The notes: generated from the sequence alone by a model not told the origin. A stretch of DNA of 64,000 nucleotides from an uncultured Desulfarculus sp. (GCA_963665125.2 CAXXUK010000002.1:1056001-1120000); one strand, 5' to 3'. Positions 19,357 through 29,499 are shown, counted from the first letter of the stretch. Numbers and translations are program-made.

Positions 19357-21171
19357 ATGGCTGATGTTAATGACTTTTTGACCCCGTTCAGCTATCCGGA
19401 ATTGGCCGGAATGCTGGAAGCCACCCAAGAGCGTGAGATCGCCCCGGATGTCTGGCAATTTGACGGCAACCTGGGCTTGGACTTTTTCCTGGCCGCGCCG
19501 TCTTCCAATTTCTACATCCTGCGCGACGGCGATATCGTGGTTTTGTTCGACACGGGCATGCATCCCTATTACCGCCGCAAGATATTGGACAAGCTGGCCT
19601 ACTACAAGGAGCAAGGCGCCAAAACCCTGGTGCTGTTGAACAGCCAGGGGCACTGGGACCATTGCATGCAAAACTCGGTGGTTCTGGAAGCCGGTTACGA
19701 TGAAGTGCGCTTTCTGCTGCCCGAGCCGGAAGTGCCGGTCATCGACTCCATCGGCCACTGGCTAAATGACTTCAGACGGTTGGCCGAGTTCTACAGCGCC
19801 CCGGCCGAATGGCTGGATCTGCTTGTCGGTTTCGAGACCCAGGCGCGGAACTCTGAGCTGTACGGCCAGTACGAGGACGTCTGGCAGACCATCAAGCAGG
19901 CCCAGGCCGAGCCAACCGAGCCCAATGTGTACGCGGCCATCAAGCGTCTTTGCGAACGCGTACTTTTCAGCAATTTCCGCAGCCTGGCGGAAATAGCAGA
20001 GGTGCTGCCCTTGGACAGCCGTGAAAGGCGCACCTACGGCAGCGTCGAGGTGGAAGGGTGGCAGGTCGGCCGCTTTTTCGTGATCCACGACGCCTCGCAT
20101 TCGCCCGGCCACCTGTGCCTGTACGATCCGCTGAACAAGCTGATCCTCTCCGGCGATGTCACCATAGAGATCAACCCCGCCTTTGGCGACACCAACTGGA
20201 AGCGGTTGATCAAGGCCGCCCGGGCCTTCCGTATCATGTCCCAGGAAGGATTTATCGAGCTGGCCACCGACTCCCACCGCAATGAAGACGGATTCAAGCT
20301 GATAATCGCCTTTACCGGTATGGAGCCCCTGGATGAAACCGAACTTATGGGAGTGATGCGCGGTTCCGACCAGTGCGCCAGTTTTTTCGGGGCCTTTGAA
20401 AACTACTATGTGAACCTGCGGGATGAAGTGCTGACCATTCACCGCCGCCTGGGCGAGTGCACCATGGAGGACATCCTGGCCGAACTTCGCAAGAGCGACA
20501 ACCGCTACGTCAAGTTCAAGATGGCCCTGCCGTTCCCGTCACGGCCGGAGGTCCTGGTCTACCGGGTGCTCAAGGAATACGGCTATTCCCTGCGCGAGGT
20601 GGACGGCAAAAAGTTGCTTTCGCCGCCGCGCCTTTTTGATTTCAACGCCAAGCGCGGGGGCAAGCGGGACGAAGTCCAACTCGACCCCGAGGAGGTGGCA
20701 CAACAGGCGTATGAGTTTGCCCGTGATTTCGAGCGGGAAAACACCGGCTGCGCCCAGTCCTGCCTGGCCGGCATCTACAAGGCCCTGAACCTCGAAGACG
20801 ACAGCCTGTTCAAGGCCGCCAGCGGGCTTTCCGACGGCATGGGCCTGACCACCAACGGCACCTGCGGCGCGCTCACCGCAGGGGCGTTGGTTCTGGGCCA
20901 CTATTTCGGCCGCACCAGAGAACAGTTCGAAGACCCCCTGGCCGCCATGGATTCCTATGACATTGTCAAGGATCTCCACGACCAGTTTCTGGACAGGGTT
21001 GGGGCGGTTCGATGCGGCGATATTCAGAAAAAAATCGCGGGCCGTTCCTTTGACCTGCGCAATCCCGACGACCTGACAGCCGCTGTCGAGGCGGGCATGA
21101 GCGACCACTGCGCCGAGGTGGCGGGCATAGCCGCGGAGATCGCCTGCCGGATCATTGCCGAGGAAACCTAA
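19357..21171 (+). CDS. MBL-fold metallohydrolase fused to C-GCAxxG-C-C family redox domain
   Basis: FDTG, SQGHWDH, HSPGH, LSGD; C-terminal GCAQS...TCGALTAG...RCGDI...HCAE. Confidence 0.85.
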   Translation: MADVNDFLTPFSYPELAGMLEATQEREIAPDVWQFDGNLGLDFFLAAPSSNFYILRDGDIVVLFDTGMHPYYRRKILDKLAYYKEQGAKTLVLLNSQGHWDHCMQNSVVLEAGYDEVRFLLPEPEVPVIDSIGHWLNDFRRLAEFYSAPAEWLDLLVGFETQARNSELYGQYEDVWQTIKQAQAEPTEPNVYAAIKRLCERVLFSNFRSLAEIAEVLPLDSRERRTYGSVEVEGWQVGRFFVIHDASHSPGHLCLYDPLNKLILSGDVTIEINPAFGDTNWKRLIKAARAFRIMSQEGFIELATDSHRNEDGFKLIIAFTGMEPLDETELMGVMRGSDQCASFFGAFENYYVNLRDEVLTIHRRLGECTMEDILAELRKSDNRYVKFKMALPFPSRPEVLVYRVLKEYGYSLREVDGKKLLSPPRLFDFNAKRGGKRDEVQLDPEEVAQQAYEFARDFERENTGCAQSCLAGIYKALNLEDDSLFKAASGLSDGMGLTTNGTCGALTAGALVLGHYFGRTREQFEDPLAAMDSYDIVKDLHDQFLDRVGAVRCGDIQKKIAGRSFDLRNPDDLTAAVEAGMSDHCAEVAGIAAEIACRIIAEET

Positions 21172-21275
21172 CAGCACGTTTTGAAAGAGCAATCTAACTA
21201 AGCTGCCCGGCAGAACCGGACCTTTGCCGGGCAGCGGCCGGAAAACAACAGGAAGGGCTTTTTCAACAATCCGCC
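21169..21275 (-). repeat. Degenerate inverted copy of MITE-like element
   Basis: Reverse complement TTGTTGAAAAAGCCCTTCCTG...CCGGCAAAGGTCCGGTTCTGCCGG aligns by eye with 25567 copy. Confidence 0.65.
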
Positions 21276-21319
21276 GGGACCGGCGCGGCATTCGAGCTTC
21301 GTAGCGAAAGGAAACAGTA

Positions 21320-21736
21320 ATGGTTTTATTTGGAACCCAGCAATGGCTGGACGCATTTTGCCAGGCCGTCAACCAGGACACCGACTACGCCAAGGCGGCC
21401 AAGGACTATGAAGGCAGCATGACCTGCATCAGCGAGCCCGAAGCGGGCGTTTGCACTGAAAAATTCGTCATGTTTTTCGATCCGTACCATGGCTCGATCC
21501 GCCAGTGGGAGATGCTAGGCGACGAAAGGGACAAGGATGCGGCCTTTGTCCTCAGCGCGCCCTACAGCGTATGGAAACAGATCACCAAGGGCGAGCAGGA
21601 CATGCTCCGGGCGGTAATGGGCCGCAAGCTAAAGGTCAAGGGCAAGATGACCCACCTGATCCGCCAGGTCGGCCCGGCCAAGGCCCTGACCGACGTCATG
21701 GTCAAACTGCCCACCCAATACCACGACGAGCAATAG
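21320..21736 (+). CDS. SCP2 sterol/acyl-binding domain protein
   Basis: FGTQQW..AF...VN.D..Y; APYSVWK, AVMGRKLKVKG. Confidence 0.85.
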   Translation: MVLFGTQQWLDAFCQAVNQDTDYAKAAKDYEGSMTCISEPEAGVCTEKFVMFFDPYHGSIRQWEMLGDERDKDAAFVLSAPYSVWKQITKGEQDMLRAVMGRKLKVKGKMTHLIRQVGPAKALTDVMVKLPTQYHDEQ

Positions 21737-21746
21737 GAGGCCTGTG

Positions 21747-22934
21747 ATGATCGATTTTTCTCTGACCAGATCACAGGAGGAGTTCCTGGATACTGTGGAT
21801 CGCTTTGGCCGCAAGGAGTTAGAGCCAGTTTCTCGGCTCGTCGACGCCGACCATGACGCCCCATTTCCCTGGGAAACCGTGTCCAAGGGCATAGAAATGG
21901 GTCTGACAACCCTGGCCATACCCGAGTTGTACGGCGGCCTGGGCCTGGATATGGTCACCGCGTCACTGATCCTGGGCCGGGTGTCCTATTACGACGCCGG
22001 CTTTTGCGACGTCTTCGGAGCCACGGCGCTGGGCTATCTGCCCGTGCTGGTGGGCGGCGACCCGGATCTGTGGGAGCGCTGGTTCACCAAAACCTGCGAG
22101 GACACCTCCGGCCGCCTGCTGTGGGGCTTTGCCTGCACCGAACCCGGCAGCGGCTCGGACAGCATCAAGGCCGACAGCCCCAAGCACGGCACCCGGACCA
22201 CGGCCGTGCGCGACGGCGATCACTGGGTGGTCAACGGCCGTAAGTGCTTTATCACCAACGGCGGCGAGGCCTCCATATTCACCCTGCTGGCCCGCACCGA
22301 CATGAACAAGGGCCAGGACGGCGGCACCTCGTGGTTTGTTCACAACGCCGACCTGCCGGGATTCAGCGTGGGCAAATACGAGGAAAAAATGGGCCACCGC
22401 GTGTCCAGCGTGACCGAGCTGATATACGAGGACGTGAGAATCCCGGCCGACGCCATGATCGGCCAGGAAGGCGAGGGGGCCCTGATCCTCAACAACGTCC
22501 TGGCCGCCAGCGACCCCATCGTCGGCTATCTGTCGGCCTGCATTGCCGAACGGGCCTTTGACCTTGCCCTTGACTACACCAAGCAGCGCGTCCAGGGCGG
22601 CGGCCTGATCTGCAAGCATCAATCCATTCAGCGCAGGCTCACCGAGATGCGCACCAGGTTCATGACCGCCAAGTGGTTCTGCCTGCATGCCCTGTGGACC
22701 ATGGACAACAACCCCCCCGGCGATATCGCCCTCAGCGCCCAGGCCAAGGTCTATGCCTCCGAGGCTGCGGTGCAAAACGCCCTGGACGCCATGGACGTGG
22801 TGGGCGGCTACTCCTACATGCGCGACTACCCGTTCGAGAAGCTGCTGCGCGACGCAAAACTCAACACCATCTATGAAGGCTCCAACGACATGCTGCGGCT
22901 CATCGCGGCGGAAAGTTTCATCGGGGAGGTGTAA
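21747..22934 (+). CDS. Acyl-CoA dehydrogenase family protein
   Basis: TEPGSGSD, NGRKCFITNG, KMG.R, GGYSY, IYEGS catalytic Glu. Confidence 0.95.
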   Translation: MIDFSLTRSQEEFLDTVDRFGRKELEPVSRLVDADHDAPFPWETVSKGIEMGLTTLAIPELYGGLGLDMVTASLILGRVSYYDAGFCDVFGATALGYLPVLVGGDPDLWERWFTKTCEDTSGRLLWGFACTEPGSGSDSIKADSPKHGTRTTAVRDGDHWVVNGRKCFITNGGEASIFTLLARTDMNKGQDGGTSWFVHNADLPGFSVGKYEEKMGHRVSSVTELIYEDVRIPADAMIGQEGEGALILNNVLAASDPIVGYLSACIAERAFDLALDYTKQRVQGGGLICKHQSIQRRLTEMRTRFMTAKWFCLHALWTMDNNPPGDIALSAQAKVYASEAAVQNALDAMDVVGGYSYMRDYPFEKLLRDAKLNTIYEGSNDMLRLIAAESFIGEV

Positions 22935-22936
22935 CC

Positions 22937-24310
22937 ATGGCCAGGCAAACAATATCAGGCGGCGACCGGCCTTATTGGAACATGCAGATCGAGCCCCTTT
23001 TCAACACGCCCCAGATGGCTGAAATCCAGCTGCAGAAGCTGCGCAGGATGCTGGCCAAGCTCAAGGCGTACGCGCCCTTTTACGCGGCCATAATCGAAAA
23101 GTCGGGCCTGGAGCCGGAAAAACTGAAAAGCATCCAACAGTTCCGCGAAACAGTGCCCTTGTTCAACAAACAATCGCTTATCGAACTGGTGGGCCAGTGC
23201 GGCGGCGACCTGCTAAAGGCCATTGATCAAATCGTGCCGGCCGGCATCGACGACATCGACTACATGGGCACCACCACCGGCACCACCGGCATACCCACGC
23301 CGTATCCTCTGACCAACTTCGACCTGACCGATGTCTGGGGCGAGGCCATGGTCCGTGGGGCCTGGCGGGCCGGAGTCCGTTCCCACGACAGGGTGCTCTA
23401 CAGCTTTGCCCTGTCCATGGTCATCGCCGGGGTGCCCTCGATGATCGGCATGCAGAAGATAGGCGCGATGATGCTGCCTGTGGGCGCTGAGGCCAAGAGC
23501 GAGCGCATCCTGCTGATGCAGGGCCTCTTCCAAGGCACCGTCTACGCGGGCACGCCGTCGTTGGCCGAATACCTGATCGAGCAGTCGCCCAAGTATCTGG
23601 GCAAGCCGGTGTCGGAACTGGGCCTGCATACGCTTTTCCTGGGCGGCGAGCCCGGCGCGGGCATCCCCGAGGTCAAGCGGAAGCTGGAACAGGCCTATGG
23701 GGCCAGGGTCTTTGACGCCGGGGCCGGCTTCGGCTGCTCCTGCGACCACGACGAGTACCAGGGAATGCATTGGCTGGGCGACGACCTGGCCTATTACGAG
23801 CTGGTGGACCCGGACACCAAGGCCCCCTTGCCCCTGGAAGACGGCGCGGTGGGCGAGGCGGTGTTCACCTCGCTGGAGGGCCTGGGCATGGTCTTCGTGC
23901 GCCAGAGCCTGGGCGACATCCATCAGGTGTTCACCGAGCCCTGCCCCTGCGGCCGCAGCGGCTTCCGCTACAAGGTCATCGGACGCAGCGACGACATGCT
24001 CAAGGTCAAGGGCGTCATGGTCTACCCCAGCCATATCAAGGGCGTAATCAACGAGTTCACGCCCCGTCTGACCGGCGAGATGCGCATCATCCTCGACGAA
24101 AGGCCGCCGCGCGTCAGACCGCCCCTGAAGCTGCGGGTGGAATACGGACCGGATGTCCCGGCCGAAAAACTGGATGATTTGGCCGCCGAGGTCTCCGAGG
24201 CCATGAGCCGGCGGCTGAAGATCAAGCCCCTGATCATCTGGGCCGAACCCGGCAGCCTGGAGCGCAGCCACTACAAGGGCCAGGTCTTTGAAAAGACCTA
24301 CGAGTCGTAA
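22937..24310 (+). CDS. Phenylacetate--CoA ligase-like (PaaK family) AMP-forming ligase
   Basis: TTGTTG.P, GTPS, GGEPG, PCPCGR, GRSDDML.VKGV.VYP. Confidence 0.9.
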   Translation: MARQTISGGDRPYWNMQIEPLFNTPQMAEIQLQKLRRMLAKLKAYAPFYAAIIEKSGLEPEKLKSIQQFRETVPLFNKQSLIELVGQCGGDLLKAIDQIVPAGIDDIDYMGTTTGTTGIPTPYPLTNFDLTDVWGEAMVRGAWRAGVRSHDRVLYSFALSMVIAGVPSMIGMQKIGAMMLPVGAEAKSERILLMQGLFQGTVYAGTPSLAEYLIEQSPKYLGKPVSELGLHTLFLGGEPGAGIPEVKRKLEQAYGARVFDAGAGFGCSCDHDEYQGMHWLGDDLAYYELVDPDTKAPLPLEDGAVGEAVFTSLEGLGMVFVRQSLGDIHQVFTEPCPCGRSGFRYKVIGRSDDMLKVKGVMVYPSHIKGVINEFTPRLTGEMRIILDERPPRVRPPLKLRVEYGPDVPAEKLDDLAAEVSEAMSRRLKIKPLIIWAEPGSLERSHYKGQVFEKTYES

Positions 24311-24321
24311 AGGGAGCGGAC

Positions 24322-25569
24322 ATGCGCGATGTATTCATTATCGGCGTTGGCATGACCCCCTTTGACAAACACTTGTCTCTGTCCGTAAAGGACCTGGCCG
24401 CCCAGGCCCTGCAACAAGCCCTTTATGACGCGGGGATTACAAGCCAGGACTTGCAGGCGGCGTGGTTTTCCAACACGGCTTGGGGCTATTTCACCCATCA
24501 GCACAGCATTCGGGGGCAGGTGGCCCTGCGGGCGTGCGGCATATCCGGCATACCCGTCACCAACGTGGAAAACGCCTGCGCCGGTGGTTCCACGGCCCTG
24601 CATGAGGCCTGGCGGGGCGTGGCCTCCGGCCAGTATGAGTGTGCCTTGGCCATTGGCGCCGAAAAAATGTGTCACGAGGACAAGGCCAAGGTCTTCAGGG
24701 CCTTTTGGTCGGGCATAGATGTCGAAGGCATGGCCGGGCAGATGGCTGATTGGCAGAGTTTGCTCGACGGCCTGAAAATAAAGCCGCCCCAGGACCAGGG
24801 CCCGGCGGGCCAGGACCGCAGCGCCTTCATGGACATCTATTCGGCCGGTTGCCGCTGGCACATGGAACGCCACGGCACGACCCATGAGCAACTGGCTTTT
24901 ATCGCCAGCAAGAACCACTTCAACGGCTCGCTGAACCCCAACGCCCAATACCGCAAACAGATGAGCCCCGAGGAAATTCTGGCGGCCCGGCCCGTCAGTT
25001 GGCCCCTGACCGTGCCCATGTGCGCGCCGGTGGGGGACGGCGGGGCGGCGGCCGTGGTCTGCTCGGCGCAGTTCCTGACAAAGGTGAAAATCGCTCGGCC
25101 GGTGAAGATCCTGGCCTCGGTATTGGCCTCGGGCAGCGATCGGGCCATGGATGACGAAGCCAACGACATCGCTTGCAGGGCCTCGAAACAGGCCTATGAA
25201 ATGGCGGCCTTGGGCCCGGCCGACATCGATGTGGCCGAGGTTCATGACGCCACGTCCTTTGGCGAACTGCACCAGTGCGAGGCCTTGGGATTTTGCGAGC
25301 CGGGCAGGGGCGGCGAGTTCGCCATGCTGGGGGCCACAAGGCTTGACGGCAGCATTCCGGTGAACCCGTCGGGCGGCCTGGAGTCCCGCGGTCATCCCAT
25401 CGGGGCGTCGGGTTTGGGCCAGGTCTATGAACTGGTGACCCAGCTTCGCCACGAGGCCGGCAAGCGTCAGGTTCAGGGATGCCGCATAGCCATGGCTGAA
25501 AACGGCGGGGGCAATCTCGGCTTCGAGGAAGCGGCCATGGCCATTCACATTCTCCAAAAGGCTCACTAA
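24322..25569 (+). CDS. SCP2-type thiolase family protein
   Basis: VENACAGG, AEVHDA, GHPIGASG, ENGGG. Confidence 0.92.
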   Translation: MRDVFIIGVGMTPFDKHLSLSVKDLAAQALQQALYDAGITSQDLQAAWFSNTAWGYFTHQHSIRGQVALRACGISGIPVTNVENACAGGSTALHEAWRGVASGQYECALAIGAEKMCHEDKAKVFRAFWSGIDVEGMAGQMADWQSLLDGLKIKPPQDQGPAGQDRSAFMDIYSAGCRWHMERHGTTHEQLAFIASKNHFNGSLNPNAQYRKQMSPEEILAARPVSWPLTVPMCAPVGDGGAAAVVCSAQFLTKVKIARPVKILASVLASGSDRAMDDEANDIACRASKQAYEMAALGPADIDVAEVHDATSFGELHQCEALGFCEPGRGGEFAMLGATRLDGSIPVNPSGGLESRGHPIGASGLGQVYELVTQLRHEAGKRQVQGCRIAMAENGGGNLGFEEAAMAIHILQKAH

Positions 25570-25724
25570 CAGGGTGTTGAAAAAGCCCGTCCTGGCCTTT
25601 TTCAACGGCTATCCGGCAAAAGCGCGGTTTTGCCGGATAGCTCAATTTGCTTGTTTATGAAAACCGCGCAAATTGGCGGGCCGTCCATGGCCCGCCTAGC
25701 AGACTGTTTTTGAACAGCCTGCTA
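25567..25724. mobile_element. MITE-like non-autonomous element, ~158 bp
   Basis: Terminal IRs TAACAGGGTGTTGAAAAA / TTTTTGAACAGCCTGCTA, internal hairpins, second full copy at 40583. Confidence 0.8.
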
Positions 25725-25755
25725 AATAAACAACCCCGCGGATGGAGCGAACCGC

Positions 25756-26484
25756 ATGAACAAACAAGGACTGGAAGAAATCCGTCTCCGGCATACAAGC
25801 ACTGAACAAGTCATCCTGGCTCGGCGCAGCTGCCGCAGCTACAAAAGGGAGCAGGTGCCCGAGTTTATGGTCAGGCGTATTTTGGAGGCCGGGCGCTTTG
25901 CTCCTTCCGCGGGTAATTACCAACCATGGAAGTTCGTGGTGCTGCGCGATCGGCAAATGATCGACGAACTCACCGACTGCGTGGTGCGGCGCTGCCGTTT
26001 GTTGATGAGCCTGTTGGACTATAGACGCCCGGGAAAAAGGTGGCTGCGGCCTTTGACAAGCCTGTTTGTCAACCTGCGGCCCAACGACCTGCACCCGGTG
26101 CCGTTCGACGCCATGGATCTGATCGGTAAAAGGGAGTTGGCCCTGTATCATGGAGCGTCCACGGTGATCCTTATCTTCGAGGATGTCCGCGGGGTCAGCT
26201 GCCCGATGCTCGATTGCGGCATTGCCGGGCAAAACATGGCCCTGGCAGCCCACAGCATGGGCCTTGGCACCTGCTGGGTCGGTTTCAGCAAGCTGGCCCT
26301 GAAATACGGAAAAAAGTGGAAAAAACGCCTGGGCATCGGCTATCCGTACAAGTTCGCCAGCAGCCTGGCCGTGGGATTCCCCAAGGGCAACCCCGACGGC
26401 CAGGTGACCAGGCAGACCCACGTAATCGACTGGCATGAGGACGGCGTGATGCGCCAACTAGACATGGAAGGAGCCCAACAATGA
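25756..26484 (+). CDS. Nitroreductase-family flavoprotein
   Basis: RRSCRSY, APSAGNYQPW, LAAHSMGLGTCW. Confidence 0.92.
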   Translation: MNKQGLEEIRLRHTSTEQVILARRSCRSYKREQVPEFMVRRILEAGRFAPSAGNYQPWKFVVLRDRQMIDELTDCVVRRCRLLMSLLDYRRPGKRWLRPLTSLFVNLRPNDLHPVPFDAMDLIGKRELALYHGASTVILIFEDVRGVSCPMLDCGIAGQNMALAAHSMGLGTCWVGFSKLALKYGKKWKKRLGIGYPYKFASSLAVGFPKGNPDGQVTRQTHVIDWHEDGVMRQLDMEGAQQ

Positions 26485-26792
26485 AGAGGATCGGTTTGTT
26501 CGAACGTTGGAGCGTCCCCGACTATGGCGATATCCGGCAGACCTCCCACGGTGTTGTTGCCGTGATCCAGGAAAAGTGCGTCGGCTGCGGCCTGTGTGAG
26601 TTGGCCTGCCCGGCGGGGGCCATGTCCGTCTCGGACGGCAAGGCGCGGTTCAATATCGATAGGGGTTGTATCTTTTGTGGCGACTGCCAGGCCATGTGCC
26701 CAACCCAGTCCATCGAACTAAAAGAACAATATAAATACAGCGGCAAGTACCTGACCTTGGATCGCGGCCTGCCCTCCGTTCCAAGGCTGTAA
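26481..26792 (+). CDS. 2x[4Fe-4S] ferredoxin-like protein
   Basis: Two CxxCxxCxxxCP motifs; ATGA overlap with nitroreductase. Confidence 0.92.
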   Translation: MKRIGLFERWSVPDYGDIRQTSHGVVAVIQEKCVGCGLCELACPAGAMSVSDGKARFNIDRGCIFCGDCQAMCPTQSIELKEQYKYSGKYLTLDRGLPSVPRL

Positions 26793-26948
26793 AGGGCTAG
26801 TCGTCCATTTTGCATAAAGTTTAGGCGCCTCGTTGCTGACCTGCTCTAAGTTTGACGTTTCATCTCTCGCCTGGGATCGGCCGCGCCCCGTGATAACCAG
26901 ACCGCGGATGGGTCTGGTGCCGCAACCTTTCGTGGAGATAAGAAAATA

Positions 26949-28505
26949 ATGCGTTTTTCCAACCTTCGAATCGGTTTGAGGCTGGGCCTGGGCTTCGGCC
27001 TGGTCATCGTCTTGACGGCCTTGATGTGTCTGATTGCCATTACCAAGGTGTACGGCGTTTCCGACCTGGCCATCAATATCTACCAGCAGCCATATGCCGT
27101 AATGGAGGCGGCGCTGGGCATTGAAAACCAAATGATCATGATCGACCGGTACATGGACGCCGTGATCGCGGCCCCGGACGAAACGGAGTTGAACAAGGCG
27201 GTCAAGGAGATTGCCGCAATGGAGGCCGAGATGCTTCTGCAATTTGACACCATCGCGGCCCGTTTCACCGGGGACAGGCAAAGGCTCGACCAGGCAAAAC
27301 AGATGTTCGCCGGTTGGCGGCCGATCAGGGAGCGGATTATTGAATTGATGCGCCAGGGGCGGACAGCCAAGGCGGAAACGACCGCCAAGGCCGAGGCCTC
27401 CGACCATGCCTTGCGGCTGCGTTTGGCCATGGACAGCTTTGTCATCCTGGCCAAGAACGAGGCAAACAAATACGCGCAGGCCGCCAAGGAGGCCAAGGAC
27501 AGCGCTTATTACACCATCATGCGCCTGGGCGCGGTCATGGTTTTTATCAGCATAGGCTTTGCCTGGAGTCTGACCAGGGGGATTACCCGGCCCGTTCGCC
27601 AGGCACTGCACGTAGTGCAGAACATGGCCAAGGGCGATTTGACAATCAGGGTTGAATCGGACCGCAGGGATGAAACGGGCCGCATGCTTTCGGCCATGGG
27701 CGAGATGGTCGACAGGCTTTCGGAAATGATCGGCAGCAACGTGTCAAGCTCCCAACGGTTGGCCCGGGGGGCCGGACAGCAGGCGTCCTCCCTGGAAGAA
27801 ACCGCGGCTTCCCTGGAGCAGCTCAACTCCATGGCCCGGCAAAACACGGAAAATGCCCACCAAGCCGCCCAGTTGACAGGGGATGCCCGAAAAATAGTGG
27901 AGGATGCCAACCAGGCCATGTCGCAGCTCAAACGGTCCATGGAAAAGATCGACGCGGCCAGCGGAGAGATGGCGAAAATTATCAATACCATTGACGAAAT
28001 AGCATTCCAGACAAACCTGCTGGCACTGAACGCGGCGGTTGAGGCGGCCCGGGCCGGTGAGGCCGGAGCGGGATTCGCCGTGGTGGCCGACGAGGTGCGC
28101 AACCTGGCCATAAGGGCGGCAGAGGCGGCCCGCAATACGTCGGAACTCATCGAGGACAATATCAACAATATCAAAACAGGTTCCGGCCTGGTCGGCGTGA
28201 CGGACAAGGCCTTCAGCGGAGTGGTGGAAAGCGTCGGCAAGGTCAAGAACCTCATCGGCGAGATCGCGGCGGCGACCAATGAACAAACCCAGGGAATCAT
28301 GCAGATCAGCCGGGCCATGAGCGCCATGGACAAGATCACCCAGGCCAACGCGGCCGGAGCCGAGGAGATCGCGGCGTCCATGGCCATGTTCAAAGTCGGG
28401 CAAAACGGCCGCAATAATCTTCATGCGGGCGCGGGAAACGGTTCCGGGCAAATGCTGTTGGCGCCGGGTAGCCGGTCGGCCATTCATGGGGAGGATCAAT
28501 TTTAA
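26949..28505 (+). CDS. Methyl-accepting chemotaxis protein (four-helix-bundle sensor, HAMP)
   Basis: 2 TM, HAMP (DETG), IAFQTNLLALNAAVEAARAGEAG. Confidence 0.95.
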   Translation: MRFSNLRIGLRLGLGFGLVIVLTALMCLIAITKVYGVSDLAINIYQQPYAVMEAALGIENQMIMIDRYMDAVIAAPDETELNKAVKEIAAMEAEMLLQFDTIAARFTGDRQRLDQAKQMFAGWRPIRERIIELMRQGRTAKAETTAKAEASDHALRLRLAMDSFVILAKNEANKYAQAAKEAKDSAYYTIMRLGAVMVFISIGFAWSLTRGITRPVRQALHVVQNMAKGDLTIRVESDRRDETGRMLSAMGEMVDRLSEMIGSNVSSSQRLARGAGQQASSLEETAASLEQLNSMARQNTENAHQAAQLTGDARKIVEDANQAMSQLKRSMEKIDAASGEMAKIINTIDEIAFQTNLLALNAAVEAARAGEAGAGFAVVADEVRNLAIRAAEAARNTSELIEDNINNIKTGSGLVGVTDKAFSGVVESVGKVKNLIGEIAAATNEQTQGIMQISRAMSAMDKITQANAAGAEEIAASMAMFKVGQNGRNNLHAGAGNGSGQMLLAPGSRSAIHGEDQF

Positions 28506-28537
28506 ACCTAACATTTGCCTGTAAGGATGGGTTTTAA

Positions 28538-28564
28538 CGGGCAACGGTAATCGCTCGTTGCCCG
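28538..28564 (+). terminator. Hairpin downstream of MCP
   Basis: CGGGCAACG-N9-CGTTGCCCG; no clear U-tract on plus strand. Confidence 0.35.
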
Positions 28565-28730
28565 GCGCCATATGCCCCAGTTCCACCCGACGCAGGCTCT
28601 GCCGCGATTCAAATGCATCGGACCCGTCTCTTTAAGCCTGGACGTCGATCGGAACACGGGCTCCGTCCGTGCGCGGTGTCCGGTTTTATTCCAACCAAAA
28701 GGCTCAATTTGTAATTCGCAAAAATTTGGT

Positions 28731-28815
28731 TTGACAAAAAAGCAGACCAACTAGTACTATTTTCAAAAATTGAACCTGATTCGAAAAATGATTGAAGATC
28801 ATAAATCGTATGATC
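28731..28815 (+). promoter_or_regulatory. Sigma-70 promoter and candidate TetR operator for tetR-GRE-activase
   Basis: TTGACA-N18-TACTAT (28731-28760); perfect IR GATCATA-N5-TATGATC (28797-28815). Confidence 0.65.
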
Positions 28816-28831
28816 GTGTAAAGGGTGTGGC

Positions 28832-29479
28832 ATGGGAACCCGCGAAAGACGCATCCGTGAAAAGCGGATGAGGGCCGAACAGATCCAGACAGCCGCTGAA
28901 AAGGTTTTCCTGAAATGGGGATACCAGGATGCGACCATCCAGCGCATCGCCAGGGAAGCTGAACTGAGCATTGGAACGATCTATTTCTACTTCAAGACCA
29001 AGGAAGAGATCTACGCTTCCTTGAACCTGAAATACATCCAGGCTTGCGACCTGGGGCTGGAAAAAATTAAAGCCCGTGATGATCTGGGCGTGGAAGAAAT
29101 GATGCGCCAGGCCTGGAGCCTGCTGTCGGACGTCTTCTGCCAATCGCCCTTAAGTCTGCGGGCCCTGGTCCACGGTCAGCTCCAAGGCTCGTTGCAGGAC
29201 ATCTCCAAGCCATTGCTGCACGAATTGAACAGCACGGGCCGCCATATCCTCAAAAAGCTCGCCGCCATCATCGAGAACGGCATGGACCTCGGGGTCTTCC
29301 GCCGGTGCAATCCGATGGCCTTGGCCGACCTGCTGTGGAGCACCTTTACCGGCGTGGTCAGCTGGCAGGAGGCCAAAAAGACCTCGGACCCTTCAAAGCA
29401 GTTCCTGGAGACGACCCTGGAAGTCGCCTTCGAGGTTTATCTCAGGGGCATCCGTCTGGACACTAATGATCGCTGTTGA
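28832..29479 (+). CDS. TetR/AcrR-family regulator
   Basis: AAEKVF...TIQRIA...GTIYFYFKTKEEI. Confidence 0.93.
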   Translation: MGTRERRIREKRMRAEQIQTAAEKVFLKWGYQDATIQRIAREAELSIGTIYFYFKTKEEIYASLNLKYIQACDLGLEKIKARDDLGVEEMMRQAWSLLSDVFCQSPLSLRALVHGQLQGSLQDISKPLLHELNSTGRHILKKLAAIIENGMDLGVFRRCNPMALADLLWSTFTGVVSWQEAKKTSDPSKQFLETTLEVAFEVYLRGIRLDTNDRC

Positions 29480-29499
29480 TCAGTAGGGGGAGCATAACG

